Shown here: positions 12,111-26,217 of the stretch, in pieces
Layout: the number at the start of each line of letters is the position of its first letter
Numbering within the stretch: position 1 is the first letter of the stretch
NCBI GenBank assembly: GCA_951406725.2
Contig: OX597838.1
Location: 13,640,001-13,704,000 of the forward strand
Source of the DNA: Octopus vulgaris
Taxonomy: Eukaryota
Length of the DNA: 64,000 bases
Reading direction: 5' to 3'
Notes under the pieces: model-generated
Seen by the model: the letters and a program-made list of their open reading frames with translations, nothing else
Database searches by the model: none
What the model was told of the DNA's origin: nothing
Program-made: the position numbers and the translations under genes

Positions 12111-12165
12111 TAGTAGTAGTAGTTGTAGTAGTAGTAATAGTAGTAGCAGCAGCAGCAGAAGCAGT
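11955..12165. repeat. Compound (GCA)n/(GTA)n/(GTG)n microsatellite in the proximal promoter of gene 1
   Basis: Read directly; followed by TA/TATG tracts to about 12420. Confidence 0.95.
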
Positions 12166-12178
12166 TATATGTATGTGC

Positions 12179-12217
<39 letters not shown>

Positions 12218-12274
12218 ATAAATAATATATAAATATATGCATATATACATACATATATATACATACCTACATAC

Positions 12275-12353
<79 letters not shown>

Positions 12354-12674
12354 TGTATGTATGCAAATATGTATACATATATATATCTTTGTGTATGTGT
12401 GTGTTTGTGCATGCACGCGCATGTGTATGCACACAGTTACATCTGAATGATTAAAACGTTCACTTTACAGTCATGAGAATCGTGGTTCAATTCCAGGGCA
12501 TGACATCCTGAATGTCTTTTAACACAGCCTCAGGTCAACACGAGCCTTAAGAATGACATTAGTTTCACAGAAACTATAGGGAAGACTGAGAGATGGCTTG
12601 TACCAGTAATTGAAGGACCAGCCTTATCATACCTGGGTCACTTTGATTTGGCCTAAAGATTACAGTAAAGGTTC

Positions 12675-12720
<46 letters not shown>

Positions 12721-15319
12721 CATCATCATCATCATCATCATCATCATTTAGCGTCCGTTTTCCATGCTAGCATGGGTTGGACGGTTTAACTGGGGTCTGT
12801 GAAGCCGGAAGGCTTCATCAGGCCCAGTCAGATTTGGCAGTGTTTCTACGGCTGGATGCCCTTCCTAACGCCAACCACTCCGCGAGTGTAGTGGGTGTTT
12901 TATATATAGTGGGTGTTTTATATATAGTTTTATATATAGTGGGTGTTTTATATATAGGCGTAGGAATGGCCGTGTGGTAAGTAGCTTGCTTACCAACTAC
13001 CTGGTTCCGGGTTCAGTCCCACTGCGTGGTACCTTGGGCAAAGTGTGTTCTACTATAGCCTCGGGCCGACCAAAGCCTTGTGAGTGGATTTGGTAGATGG
13101 AAACCGAAAAGAAGGCCATTGTGTATATGTATATATATATATATATGTATGTATGTATGTGTGTGTATATGTTTGTGTGTTTCTCCTCCCAACATCGCCT
13201 GACAACCGATGCTGATGTGTTTACGTCCCCGTCACTTGGTGGTTCAGCAAAAGAGACCGATAGAATAAGTACTAGGCTTACAAAGAATAAGTCCTAGGGT
13301 CGATTTGCTCGACTAAAGGCAGTGCTCCAGCATGGCCACAGTCACGTGACTGAAACAAGTAAAAGAGTAAAAGAATATATAGATAGATAGACAGACAGAC
13401 AGATAGGTAGATAGATAGATATAGGTATAAAGATATAGATCGTCGTCGTCATCATCATCGGCATGAATTGGACAGTTTGAGAGAAGCTGGTAATGCTAGG
13501 GGCTGCATCAAGCTCTGCTGTCTGCTCTGGCATAGTTTCTATGGCTGGATTCCCCGCTTAATGCCAACTACTCCACAGTGTTCCTCTTATGCCTCACTTT
13601 TCTCTCAATGCACTAGCATTGTCGTACATCTGTCGTACATCTGTCGCACATCTGTTGTACATCTGTCATACATTGTACACTGACACTGTACAGCCAGCAG
13701 AACATACCAGCCTCATTCCTCTCTAGTCTTCACATATTTTCTGCATTCAGGGCTCACATCTCACTACCATATAGCATTGCTGTTCGCATACATGGATCAT
13801 ACAATCTTCTTTTCACCCTTTCTGTACTACCAGCCCTTGCTCTTTCTTGTCTGAACTGCTTCTATTACACTGTGCAACAAAATTTTCATTTTCATTTTTT
13901 TTTTGTCTTTGGTCAGTAAATGTTATTTCCTATTTGTTTCTGTCTAGAAATCAAAGGAAATGACCATCATTGCATTCAAACTTTGATTTTCTGACTTGGA
14001 CACCAATGTTTTGAAACTGACTTATTTTCCATTACATGTCAGATAGATTTAGTGCTGAGATGCAGAAGCAGAAATATCATTATAACAAACATTCTGCTCA
14101 ATAGCACAGATTTGCTTGTCAATTGCTTGACCTTAACCACTTGAGCAAGTCCCTTGGTGACTGACAATATGTGCATCGCTGATCATGAGTTGGCGTAGTG
14201 GGAGATCATCATAAACTGTATTGAGAGGGATTTTTTGGGTTTGAATAAATATTAGAAAAGCAATGTTTGAAGGGAATATTAGCCATTTTTCATACTTTCT
14301 ATAGATAAACAAATAGGAAATAACAGTTGCTACCCAAGGGCAAAAATCGTGTTACACAGTGTTATCACTCATCACCTAACCTTACCTCTGGCCACCTCTG
14401 CTATTGCCCTTCCCAACACCATCTCGATAACCCTGCCTTTCTCATAAATACTCTTGCACCTTTCCCCCATCCAATATGGTCCTTTTTCATCTGCCCCTCC
14501 TTAGTCATCTGAGCAAATGTACACACCCTAGTTCTTGAGTAGTCTTGACACTTACACTTACCTCACTCACCAACCCATTTCTGGCTCTCTTTTTTATTCC
14601 TCAACTCACTCCACACAAATTACAAAGTACTCTCTACGTTTACTGTGTACGAGGCAAGCCCAATTCCAAGTTTGCTGTAAGAATCGAAAACCTCATGACC
14701 CCACTACACTCACTGTGAGTGATGAACAAGACAACCTCTCTGGTGTTACTGCCACAGAAATGTACCCTGTTCACATTGTAAAGTGGTTAACAATAAAACA
14801 ATGAGCTATAGAAATGAAGGCGTAGGAGTGGCTGTGTGGTCCCGGGTTCAGTCCCACTGCGTGGCACCTTGGGTAAGTGTCTTCTACTATAGCCTCGGGC
14901 CGACCAAAGCCTTGTGAATGGATTTGGTAGACGGAAACTGAAAGAAGCCCGTTGTATGTATATATATATATATATGTATGTACGTGTTTGTGTGTCTGTC
15001 TTTGTCCCCCCAACATCACTTGACAACCGATGGTGGTGTGTTTACGTCCCCGTAACTTAGCGGTTCGGCAAAAAAAAAAGAGACCGATAGAATAAGTACT
15101 AGGCTTACAAAGAATAAGTCCTGGGGGTCGATTTGCTCGACTAAAGGTGGTGCTCCAGCATGGCCGCAGTCACATGACTGAAACAAGTAAAAAGAGTAAA
15201 GAGTAAAGAGAGAAAGCCAAATGATATGCATGAGCATCAGTCCATCAAAGCAGTGGCTGCCGATGAGGATTGACTCAAACCACAACAACTAATCCAGTCT
15301 GTGTCAGCCCTGGAAGAGT

Positions 15320-16096
15320 TAACCCTTTAATATTCAAACGGGCCATATCCGGCCAAAATAGCTAATCTGTTTTATGTTCAAACTGACCAGATCCAGGCCC
15401 TCACATCTTCTCTACAATGATATTCTACATTAAACCTTTCGTTACTGTATTTATTTTGAGATGCTCTGTGTTTCTTTCAATTATTTTAAATATAACAAAG
15501 AATTTAGTAAAATAACTTAGTTATCATTCAGCTAGTGTTGGGAACATAAATTGTGACTAAGGTTTGGTGGAAGATTTTAATTCAAATCTTATGAAAACAA
15601 GACATTTGTACTAAAGAGCCAGAGGTGGTTTCAGCCGGGTTGGTATCGAAAGGGTTACACACACCTCTACATTTGGGCTGATGCACATTAGAAGCAGTTG
15701 GAAGGGTGCAGATTGAAGGAAATTTAGGCTATTATTTCTGCTGATTATTTTTCTTCTTAACCCTTTCGTTACTGTATTTATTTTGAGATGCTCTGTGTTT
15801 CTTTCAATTAATTTTAAATGATAAAGAATTTAGTAAAATAACTTAGTTATCATTCAGCTAGTGTTAGGAACATAAATTGTGACTAAGGTTTACTGGAAGA
15901 TTTTAATTCAAAACTTATGAAAACAAGACATTTGTATTACAGAGCCAGAGCTAGTTTTGGCCGGGTTGGTAACGAAAGGGTTAAGTAATTACACCATCAA
16001 GATCTTGAAGATATGAGATAATGCATGATTAATTCAAATCAATGGGAATCAATAGGTATTATATTTGATTGAATAATCTGAACACTAAAGGGTTAA
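15320..16096. mobile_element. piggyBac-type MITE containing two nested copies of a second piggyBac-type MITE
   Basis: Outer ends TTAACCCTTT...AAAGGGTTAA; inner copies (CCTTTCGTTACTG...CGAAAGGGTTA) at about 15431-15657 and 15758-15984. Confidence 0.7.
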
Positions 16097-16350
16097 ATGA
16101 TGACATTTCTTTTATCTTTTACTTGTTTCAATCAGTAGACTGTGGCCATTCTGGGGCACCTGTTTGAGGAATTTTTAGGCAAATGAATCAACTGTGGTAC
16201 TTATTTTTTTAAAGCCTGTTACTTATTCTCTCGATCTCTTTTGCCAAACTGCTAAGTTACAAGGAAGTAAATACACCTATATCGGTTGTCAAGTGATGGT
16301 GGGAGACAAGCACAAGCACAAACACTCACACACACACACACACACACACA

Positions 16351-16411
<61 letters not shown>

Positions 16412-17468
16412 CGGGCTTCTACCAAGTCCACTCACAAGGTTTTGGTTGGCCCAGGGCTATAGTAGAAGACACTTGCCCAAAGTAGGACTGAACCTGGAAC
16501 CATGTTGTTGGGAGGTAAGCTTCTTACCACACAGCTACACCTGATGATGATGATAATGATGATGTGTGTGTGTGTGTGTGTGGTGTGCAAAGAACCCAGT
16601 CCCACAATATCTGTCTTCTTTTTCAAGATGACACGATGTGATTTGAGGGATATTTGGCTATTATTTCCAGCACTGTCAACAACCTTATAGAGGCTCCCTC
16701 ATTGCCTCATGTCTGTGAGTATGTGTGTGAGGGATTGACGTGTTTTGTTCTGCCTTGTGAACGGTGCTTGCAAATAAGATTTCTTTGAAAGATCTTGTTT
16801 CATTTACATACACAACAATTAGTCAATCAATACAACCAAACACCTCACGCCTCTCCCACACTAAAAATATAAAGAAATCAAGGAATATCATTCTTTGCAA
16901 TTGCATTTGTCAGCTAAGCATTTTCCCATAGTCACATTTATACTTCTATTATTGCGTATTATTTTAGAATTATCTGCGCTTTTCCTTTCTAACCATTTTT
17001 CTGTATAAACTATTGATTGACTGAATCAGCAGACAAAAAAGAAGCTAAAATCACTGGAATATAATCCTCAATACACATCTGGTACTTAACTGATTTACTC
17101 CCCACCAATCTTGACATTATGAACAACAAAATTGCCTACCTCTGCATGTATATGATAGATGGATAGATAAGTAGATAGACAGTGAGATACATACATATTT
17201 CCTTATTGCCCACAAAGGGGCTAAACATAGAGGGGACAAACAAGGACAAACAAAGGGTTTAAGTCGATTACATCGACCCCAGTGCGTAACTGGTGCTTAA
17301 TTTATTGACCCCGAAAGGATGAAAGGCAAAGTCGACCTCGGTGGAATTTGAACTCAGAATGTAAAGACTGACGAAATATCGCTAAGCATTTTGCCCAGTG
17401 TGCTAATGATTCTGCCAGCTCGGCGCCTTTACATACATACATGTATGCATGCATACATACATGCATAG

Positions 17469-17513
<45 letters not shown>

Positions 17514-19337
17514 GGGTCATTTAGAAAATATCTAGAGAGAGTATTTATTAGGTTGCAGATAGGGATAGCACAGGGTGTCCACAATTCAAACTAGTTGACT
17601 ATACAGACCACAAATTTGTGATCTGCTCAGTTGGATGAGGTAGGACAAGTAGACAAGGACCTGGTTACTGGAAGCTGAATGCATCCTTACTAGCACACAA
17701 AGACAACATGGACCAGATTAGGGAACTAGTTAAGCAGCAGTTAACAGGGGCAGTCATCAACAACCAGTGGCAGGACATCTTGAAGAGGGCAATTAGAGTT
17801 GAGGCAATAGTGTTTAACAAAGTGCTAGAAATAGAAAGACATAGATTAGAGGGAGAACTAGTTAACAACTTAGCAGAAGTGATTAGTGAAGTCATTGAAA
17901 CCAACATGCCAGCGGCAAGAATGGCCACTGACTGTTTCTTCAAGGCAAAATACAAATGCTGTCTCATCAGAGCTAAGGCCCAACTGCTCAAACATGGAGG
18001 GAACTGAAGCTATCTGATACACCTGAATGGTGGGGGGACATGATGTGGAAACAAAACCACTGCTTGGTTCCAAGCAGATGTGTGCAGCTTTCCAGCAGCA
18101 CTTCACATGACTGTTTGGGGATGGCCATAGGTTGGCAATGATAGGGGACTTTAATTCGTACCTCAACAGCCTGCCACAGCAACAGATGCAAGGTTTTGCA
18201 AAAAGCCAATAATGGCCAGTGACAAACGGAAGATGATGAGTCACAAGTCACAAATTACTCAGCGTGAATGGTCTGCTCTATGAAGTCTATGAGTTAATTC
18301 CAGATTTGTTTGGTGGTCTCTTTGTTTATGTTCCTTTGTTCATGTCTACAAAACAGAATATTCACTGTGTTAGTTGAGTGAAATAGCATTCTTACCCTAC
18401 ACTGAAAAATCTGAAGAAATCAAAATGTACCATTCTTTACAACCACATTTGTCAGCTAAACATTTTCCCAGAGTTACTTGCATAGTTCTTTTGTCACCTT
18501 TCAAGAATATCGCAAGTATTTTTTCCTTTCTCACCTTTTCTATATAAACTATTGATTTCTTGAATTAGCAAGCTGTCAAAGACAAGAAAGAATGAGGCCA
18601 TAGTCACTTGAATAAAATGTTCCTTTGTGTATAGCTGGTATTCTTTTGAGGAACTATCTTTTGACGCAAATATAATATCAACCCAGGTGAGATTTTAACT
18701 CTGAGCATAAACAGATCACAAAGACTAAATTTTTGTGTGTGCTTGATTGCTAACATAGACAGGTATGTGTAGGTTTGTGTGTGTCTGTGGGTGTGTGAAT
18801 GTGTGCAAGAATAAGGGTGTAGTGGTCTGGGATAGCATGGGAGGATGATGTGTAGGTGTAATCATATTGTATGAGAGGAAGGTGCAGAAAGGAAAAGGGT
18901 GTGGCAGGTGCAAGAGTGAGATGAAAGGAAAGGTAAGAGGAATGTGGTATTTATGAAGAAAACCCTGATATTAAAAAAAGTATAAATAGTTAAAAGTTAT
19001 TAAAATATATATATAAAAAGTGGTGAAGTGAAAACACTGGGGAAAAGTCTTGGGGTTATGTAACAGGTGCAATATCTTAAGAAAGTAATAAAAGGAGAAA
19101 AAAAGGGATAAGAGAAGGTTGTTGAACTGGGTACTGACAGAGAAACAAAAAGGGAAAGCAGAAGGGAAATATATAGGTGCAGGTATGGTTGTGTGGTAAG
19201 AAGCTTGCTTCCCAACAACATGGTTCCGAGTTCAGTCCCAGTGTGTGGCACTTTGGGCAAATGTCTTCTGCTATAAGCCTTGGGGGCAACCAAAGCCTTG
19301 TGAGTGGATTTGGTAGACAGAAACTGAAAGAAGCCTG

Positions 19338-19375
<38 letters not shown>

Positions 19376-19533
19376 CTTTTGTCTGTGTTTGTCCCCCATC
19401 ACTGTTTGACTGGTGTTGATGAGTTTATGTCCCTGTAACTTAGTGGTTCAGCATTTGCTCAAGGTGCCGCACACTGGGAAATGTTGAGAAGCATTTTGCC
19501 CAGTATGCTAATGATTGTGCCAGCTCACTGCTC

Positions 19534-19769
<236 letters not shown>

Positions 19770-20333
19770 TCCTTTCTACTATGGGCACAAGGCCTGAAAT
19801 TTTGGGCAAGGGGACTAGTCAAATACATCGACCCCCAGCGTTTTCACTGGTACTTAATTTATAATCCCGAAAGGATGAAAGGCAAAGTCGACCTCGGTGG
19901 AATTTGAACTCAGAACAAAAGGACAGATGTAATGCTGCTAAGCCTGGCATGCTAACAATTCTGCCAGGTCACTGCCCTAATAATAACACACACACACACA
20001 CACACTCATATTTGCACATGCAACTACACTAGCATACACCTCCTTATACACGCCACACTAGAACACCTGCAAAAAATAAATAACAAAAACATATATACCT
20101 ACACACATACATCCACATACAGGCCCACCCACATATGCCCTTCCAGACATGCACTCACGTACACACGTACATTTGCACTCTTATTTTGACACACAAATGC
20201 AAGAATGTACATACTTACATATATATATATATATATATATACACATGCACATACTCACACATGCATACACACCCACCCATCCACCCTCCCATACGACCAA
20301 TAACACACTCACATCCATGCATTCATACATCTC

Positions 20334-20367
<34 letters not shown>

Positions 20368-20403
20368 ATGTGTGTGTGTGTATATTAATATATACATATG
20401 TGC

Positions 20404-20482
<79 letters not shown>

Positions 20483-22662
20483 ACATACTTATATATGTGT
20501 GTGTGTGTATGTATAATTGAGGGTACATGAAGTACCAGCGTTGTTAAAAATTAGAGTTGAAGAATACTAAAATAAGTCATCATCAACATCATCATCATCA
20601 TCATCACCATCGTCGTTTAACGTCCGCTTTCCATGCTAGCATGGGTTGGACGATTTGACTGAGGTCTGGCGAACCAGATGGCTGCACCAGGCTCCAATCT
20701 TGATCTGGCAGAGTTTCTACGGCTGGATGTCCTTCCTAACACCAACCACTCCGAGAGTGTAGTGGATGCCTTTATGTGCCACCGGCACGGGGGCCAGTCA
20801 AGCGGTACTGGCAACGACCTCGCTCGAATGTTTTTTCCCATGCCTGTAAGGTGATGCTGGTAACGATCACGCTTGAATGGTGCCTTTTATGTGCCACCAG
20901 CACGGAAGCCAGTTAGCTGCTTTATCAACGATCATGCTCGAATGGTGCTCTTAGCGCCCCACTAGCACGGATGCCAGATCATCGAATTTGACTGGTGTTA
21001 GGAAGAGCATCTAGCCATAAAAACTGCACCAAAACAGACACTGAAGTCTGATCCAGTCTTCTGTCTAGCTAGTTCCTATCAAACTGTCCAACCGAAGGCA
21101 GCTTGGAAAGCAGACGTTAAATGATGATAATGATGATGATGATGATGTCCTTTCACCATCAGTTCCTTATTTCTTTATTGCCCACAAGGGGCTACACATA
21201 GAGGGGACAAACAAGGACAGACAAAGGGATTAAGTCGATTATATTGACCCCCAGTGCATAACTGGTACTTATTTAAATGACCCCAAAAGGATGAAAGGCA
21301 AAGTCAACCTCAGTGGAATTTGAACTCAAAACATAGCGGCAGATGAAATACCGTTAAACATTTTGCCCGGCTGGCTAACGTTTCTGCCAGCTCGCAGCCT
21401 TTTTTCACCATCACCTTTCACCATCAGTTTCTGTCTACCGAATTCATTCACAAGGCTTTGGTTGGCTGGAGCCATAGTAGAAGAGACTGACCCAAAGTGC
21501 CAAACTGTGGGACTAAATTTGAAAGTACGTGGTTGGGAAGTCAGTAAAAATTATATTTTTAAAAAAGATTTTTTTGGAAAAAAAAGGAAAACTGATGTAT
21601 TCAACTTTTATTTTTATCATTTTCTTAATTTTCCTTCAGAAGAAGCATTGCCAACACAATGCCTTCAAGAAATTCATGTTTCAAATTGTCTTCCTCTACC
21701 ACCAGCTGTCTATTTGCTTCTTCAGATATGCTAAAACAGTTTTGATCTCTTTACTCTTTTACTTGTTTCAGTCATTTGACTGTGGCCATGCTGGAGCACC
21801 ACCTTTAGTCGAGCAAATCGACCCCGGGACTTATTCTTTGTAAGCCCAGTACTTATTCTATCGGTCTCTTTTGCCGAACCGCTAAGTGACGGGGACGTAA
21901 ACACACCAGCATCGGTTGTCAAGCAATGCTAGGGGGACAAACACAGACACACAAACATATACACACACACTTATATATATATATACATATATACGACAGG
22001 CTTCTTTCAGTTTCCGTCTACCAAATCCACTCACAAGGCATTGGTCAGTCCGGGGCTATAGCAGAAGACACTTGCCCAAGATGCCACGCAGTGGGACTGA
22101 ACCCGGAGCCATGTGGTTGGTTAGCAAGCTACTTACCACACAGCCACTATTGAAAAATGAATACAAAACGAATGGCATTCAATCATTTTTTTTTTTTTTA
22201 ATAAGCAATAAATAACATTTATAACAATTTTATGTCTATTTATTTAGTTGTTTGTTTGTTTGTTTGTTTGTTTCTACCTGTCAGTCTGTCTGTCTCTGCC
22301 TGTCTCCCCTCCCCCACTTCTCTCTCATCTAATTCTACTTTCAGGTTGTCCTTTCAAAATTAAAACGACACTTATGTGCTATGATTCGATCCAATCAATG
22401 CAATATTCGCAAACAACACGGAGGACGGAGGACGGTTGAAGATTGATTTTTTTCCTATTTGTAAAGAATGTTCTGTATAGGAAAAAAGAATGGATGCTAA
22501 TCTTCCTTTCCTTTTCTTTCTCTTCTTTCATTTTCTTTTGTTGTTGTCAAAGTCATCTTATAACTGAGCAAAGATCACTATTAAAAACTAAATTAGTTTC
22601 AATATCGTGCCATTTGTCCGTTAATATTTTCCTTTCTGGCAAAAATTTTTAATAGCTGCAAG

Positions 22663-22723
22663 ATGTACACATTGCTGAGCGTGCTGTGCTTAGTTACCAT
22701 ACTTTCACGGGCATCGGCCAAAC
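22663..22723 (+). CDS. Serine protease gene 2, exon 1 (signal peptide)
   Basis: MYTLLSVLCLVTILSRASAK+C|GTAAGC; 61 bp, phase 1, joins exon 2 in frame (CCT, Pro). Confidence 0.8.
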
Positions 22724-23027
22724 GTAAGCTAATTACGAAAATATTTCTACTTTTCCTTTCTTTCTTTCTTTCTTTTTTTTATTTCTTTTCCGTTATTGAA
22801 TTTTTTTGATACTCTCTCTTTTACTCTTTTATACTTGTTTCAGTCATTTGACTGCGGCCATGCTGGAGCACCGCCTTTAGTGGAGCAAATCAACCCCGGG
22901 ACTTATTCTTTGTAAGCCCAGTACTTATACTATCGATCTCTTTTGCCAAACCGCTAAGTGATGGGGACGTAAACACACCAGCATCGGTTGTCAAGCAATG
23001 CTAGGGGAACAAACACACACACACACT

Positions 23028-23069
<42 letters not shown>

Positions 23070-23309
23070 CGACAGGCTTCTTTCAGTTTCCGTCTACCAA
23101 ATCCACTCACAAGGCATTGGTCGGCCCGGGGCTATAGCAGAAGACACTTGCCCAAGATGCCACGCAGGATGTTTTAAATCTTTTCATTGTTTTGTGAAAA
23201 GGGGACGGGCAATGATTTTCGATTCTTTTCAGAGTCTTCAAGGAAGATGGGAGATGGGGTAGGGAGTTATTTGTGGGCAAGGGACATGATCTGAATGCTT
23301 GCGACAGGG

Positions 23310-23359
<50 letters not shown>

Positions 23360-23536
23360 ATAGTAATGAATAGGCACAGGTATGGCTATGTGATAAGAAA
23401 TTTGCTTCTCAACCATATGGTTTCCAGGTTCAGTCCCACAGTGTGGCAACTTGGGCGAGTGTCCTCTATTATAACCTGGGGCCAACCAAAGCCTCACAAA
23501 TAGATTTGGTAGACAGAAACTGAACTGAAAGAAGCC

Positions 23537-23619
<83 letters not shown>

Positions 23620-23620
<1 letters not shown>

Positions 23621-23745
23621 TGTTGTGTCTGGGGAGAGTCATATTCTCTTTGTGCCTTATAATGTAACACACTCATTGTAAAATTTCCACTTATTTCTAA
23701 TTTATTAAGGAACAAAAAGAAAATGACTCTCCCCAGACACAACAG
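23620..23745. repeat. 40-bp inverted repeat in intron 1 of gene 2
   Basis: CTGTTGTGTCTGGGGAGAGTCATATTCTCTTTGTGCCTTA versus TAAGGAACAAAAAGAAAATGACTCTCCCCAGACACAACAG. Confidence 0.85.
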
Positions 23746-24239
23746 AATATGCTTCAACACACGAACTCACATAAAGAATCTTGCAAACCAAATCCCAAAA
23801 CGAAATATATATATATGTAGGCGCGGGCATGGCTGTGTGGTTAGAGAGCTTGCTTCCTAGCTAATGGTTTCGGGTTCGGTCCCACTGCGTGGCACTTTGG
23901 GCAGGTGTCTTCCACTATAGCCCCGAGCCGACCGGAGCTTTGTGATTGAATTCGGTAGGTGGAAGTTACTGCCGTGTGTGTATGTGTGCGTATAGCTGCT
24001 CAGTGCCTCTCTGAAAGAGAGAGAGGGATATATATATATATATATATATAGCATGAGTGCTTTTACATGGCACTAGCATGGATGCTCTTATGCATGCATA
24101 CTTTGTATGTGGCACCAGCACCTCATGAGCACTCAAGGCGAGGGCCTCTCCATTGAGAAAGGGATGTAGAGGACATACCTGTATGCATAGATAACCACAG
24201 TTTTACTTAACTTGATGTGTTTTCTTAACGACAGCAAAT

Positions 24240-24905
24240 CACCCAAATTCTTGGTCCCTTGTCATCTCCTCTGTGAGACCGAATGTCTGAAGGTCCTTTC
24301 TCACCACTTTGTCCCACCTCTTCCTGGGTCTACCTTTTCCAGAACTAGAGACCTGTCCTCATTCATACACATCACATGACCATACCAGCACAATCTTCTC
24401 TCTTGAACACTAATGCCTCTTATACCCAGTTTTCCTCTTAGATTATTTACCCTCTGTTGTGCATGTACACTGACATTACCCATCCAACGGAGCATGCAGG
24501 CTTCATTTCTTTGAAGCTTTTACATATCCTCTGTCACTACAGCCCATGTTTCACTGCTATGAAGCACAGCTGTTCATACAGAGGCATCATACAATCTGCC
24601 TTTCACTCTGAGGAAGAGGCCCTTTGTATCCAGCAAAGGTAGTAGCTCTCTGAACTTTACCCAGCCCGTTCTTACTCTAGCAACTATGCTTTCAAAACTG
24701 TCACCTTGACTGCTAACTTGGTTACCTAGGTAATAGAAACTATCTACTACTTCTAAGGATCTCCCCAGACATTGAAGCATCTCACTGGAAGGATTTGAGA
24801 TTTGCCTGTTTTCCTACTTACAAGGACTTTGGTCATTGCTAAGTTAACTCTAAGGCCCTTTGATTCTGGACTTTGCCTCCAGACCAGAATTTTTTTCTCC
24901 AGTTC
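24240..24905 (-). mobile_element. RTE-clade LINE remnant (RT C-terminal region)
   Basis: Minus-strand peptides LEVVDSFYYLGNQVS...GWVKFRELLPLL...KGRLYDASV and MLRWMGNVS...QERRLCWYGHV, with frameshifts. Confidence 0.85.
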
Positions 24906-25020
24906 TAAGTAGTACTAAGGTGACTCATTCATCCTTCCATAGTTTTTCATCCATCTTACTTCATCGAAATTGTTTCTACAAAGAAAATATCAACACAAAG
25001 TTGATAATTTAATTAATTAT

Positions 25021-25148
25021 CTGAAAATAGCAGCCATGATCTGACTCTAAAACCACCATAATTGTCCGTATGTCAACATATATACCTCCATGTTGATATA
25101 TGGACAATTATGGTGGTTTTAGAGTCAGATCCTGGCTGCTATTTTCAG
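25021..25148. repeat. 59-bp near-perfect hairpin in intron 1 of gene 2
   Basis: 25021-25079 pairs with 25090-25148; 10-nt loop, two G:U pairs and one mismatch in the plus-strand RNA. Confidence 0.9.
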
Positions 25149-25185
25149 CATGGTGGTATCTCGTAGATACTCTAATTTATAATTT

Positions 25186-25189
25186 TATA

Positions 25190-25249
<60 letters not shown>

Positions 25250-25269
25250 ATGTATACATATATATATAT

Positions 25270-25362
<93 letters not shown>

Positions 25363-25369
25363 ATGTATA

Positions 25370-25434
<65 letters not shown>

Positions 25435-25455
25435 ATCTATATATATATATATATA
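25186..25455. repeat. Long interrupted (TA)n microsatellite
   Basis: Read directly; one of many TA tracts that generate YIYIYI pseudo-ORFs. Confidence 0.95.
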
Positions 25456-26066
25456 TAAAATTATAAATCCAAAAGAGAAGCACACTCTAAGTTATATTTA
25501 TCTTATATTTTAACTATCTTTATCTAATTAATATATACACATAGATATATGTGTGTGTGTGTGTAGGTGTGTGTGTGTGTGTGTATAAGACAGAGTGTGT
25601 ATGTCTATGTATGTGTTAATGTTTATAGCGTAAAAATTGTGTTTGTGTCAAAAATCATAACTTTTCCTATATGGTAAATACAGATCGATACTAGAATGAA
25701 ACAGAGACTTGGGTTAGTATGACCGACTGAAGCACATTTAACCCTTTAGCGTTCGAATTAATATGTCATAAGTAATCCTTATTCATTTACATTTAAAAAA
25801 ATTTATCTGGTATTATCTTGTAGCTTCAAGATTTGAAAGATGTAATTGCTTATTTTTAGAATGACATTGCAGGGTAGGTGTGAGATACTGGTTCTGGCCA
25901 GTTTGAGCATAAAATGAGTAGAATATTTGAGCCGGATATAGCCGATTTAAACACTAAAGGGTTAAAGGTGGTTTCAGCCTGACTAGAGCCTAAAGATTGA
26001 AACCAATGATTTTTTCTCTCCTCTTCATTTCTCTCCTCTTTATTTCTCTCCTCTTTATTTCTCTAG

Positions 26067-26217
26067 CTCCAGTAACACATATTGTTGATGGTTCACCTGC
26101 CGAAGAATGCCAGTTCCCTTCGATTGTCCATCTTCAATTTGAAGTATATGATGGAATAATTGAATGTGGTGGAACCCTGTTGAGTAAGAACCATGTTTTG
26201 ACAGCAGCCCATTGCTT
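26067..26217 (+). CDS. Serine protease gene 2, exon 2 (IVDG N-terminus, His57)
   Basis: tttctctag|...|GTAAGT; (P)PVTHIVDGSPAEECQFPSIVHLQFEVYDGIIECGGTLLSKNHVLTAAHC; 151 bp, same length and phases as gene 1 exon 2. Confidence 0.95.
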
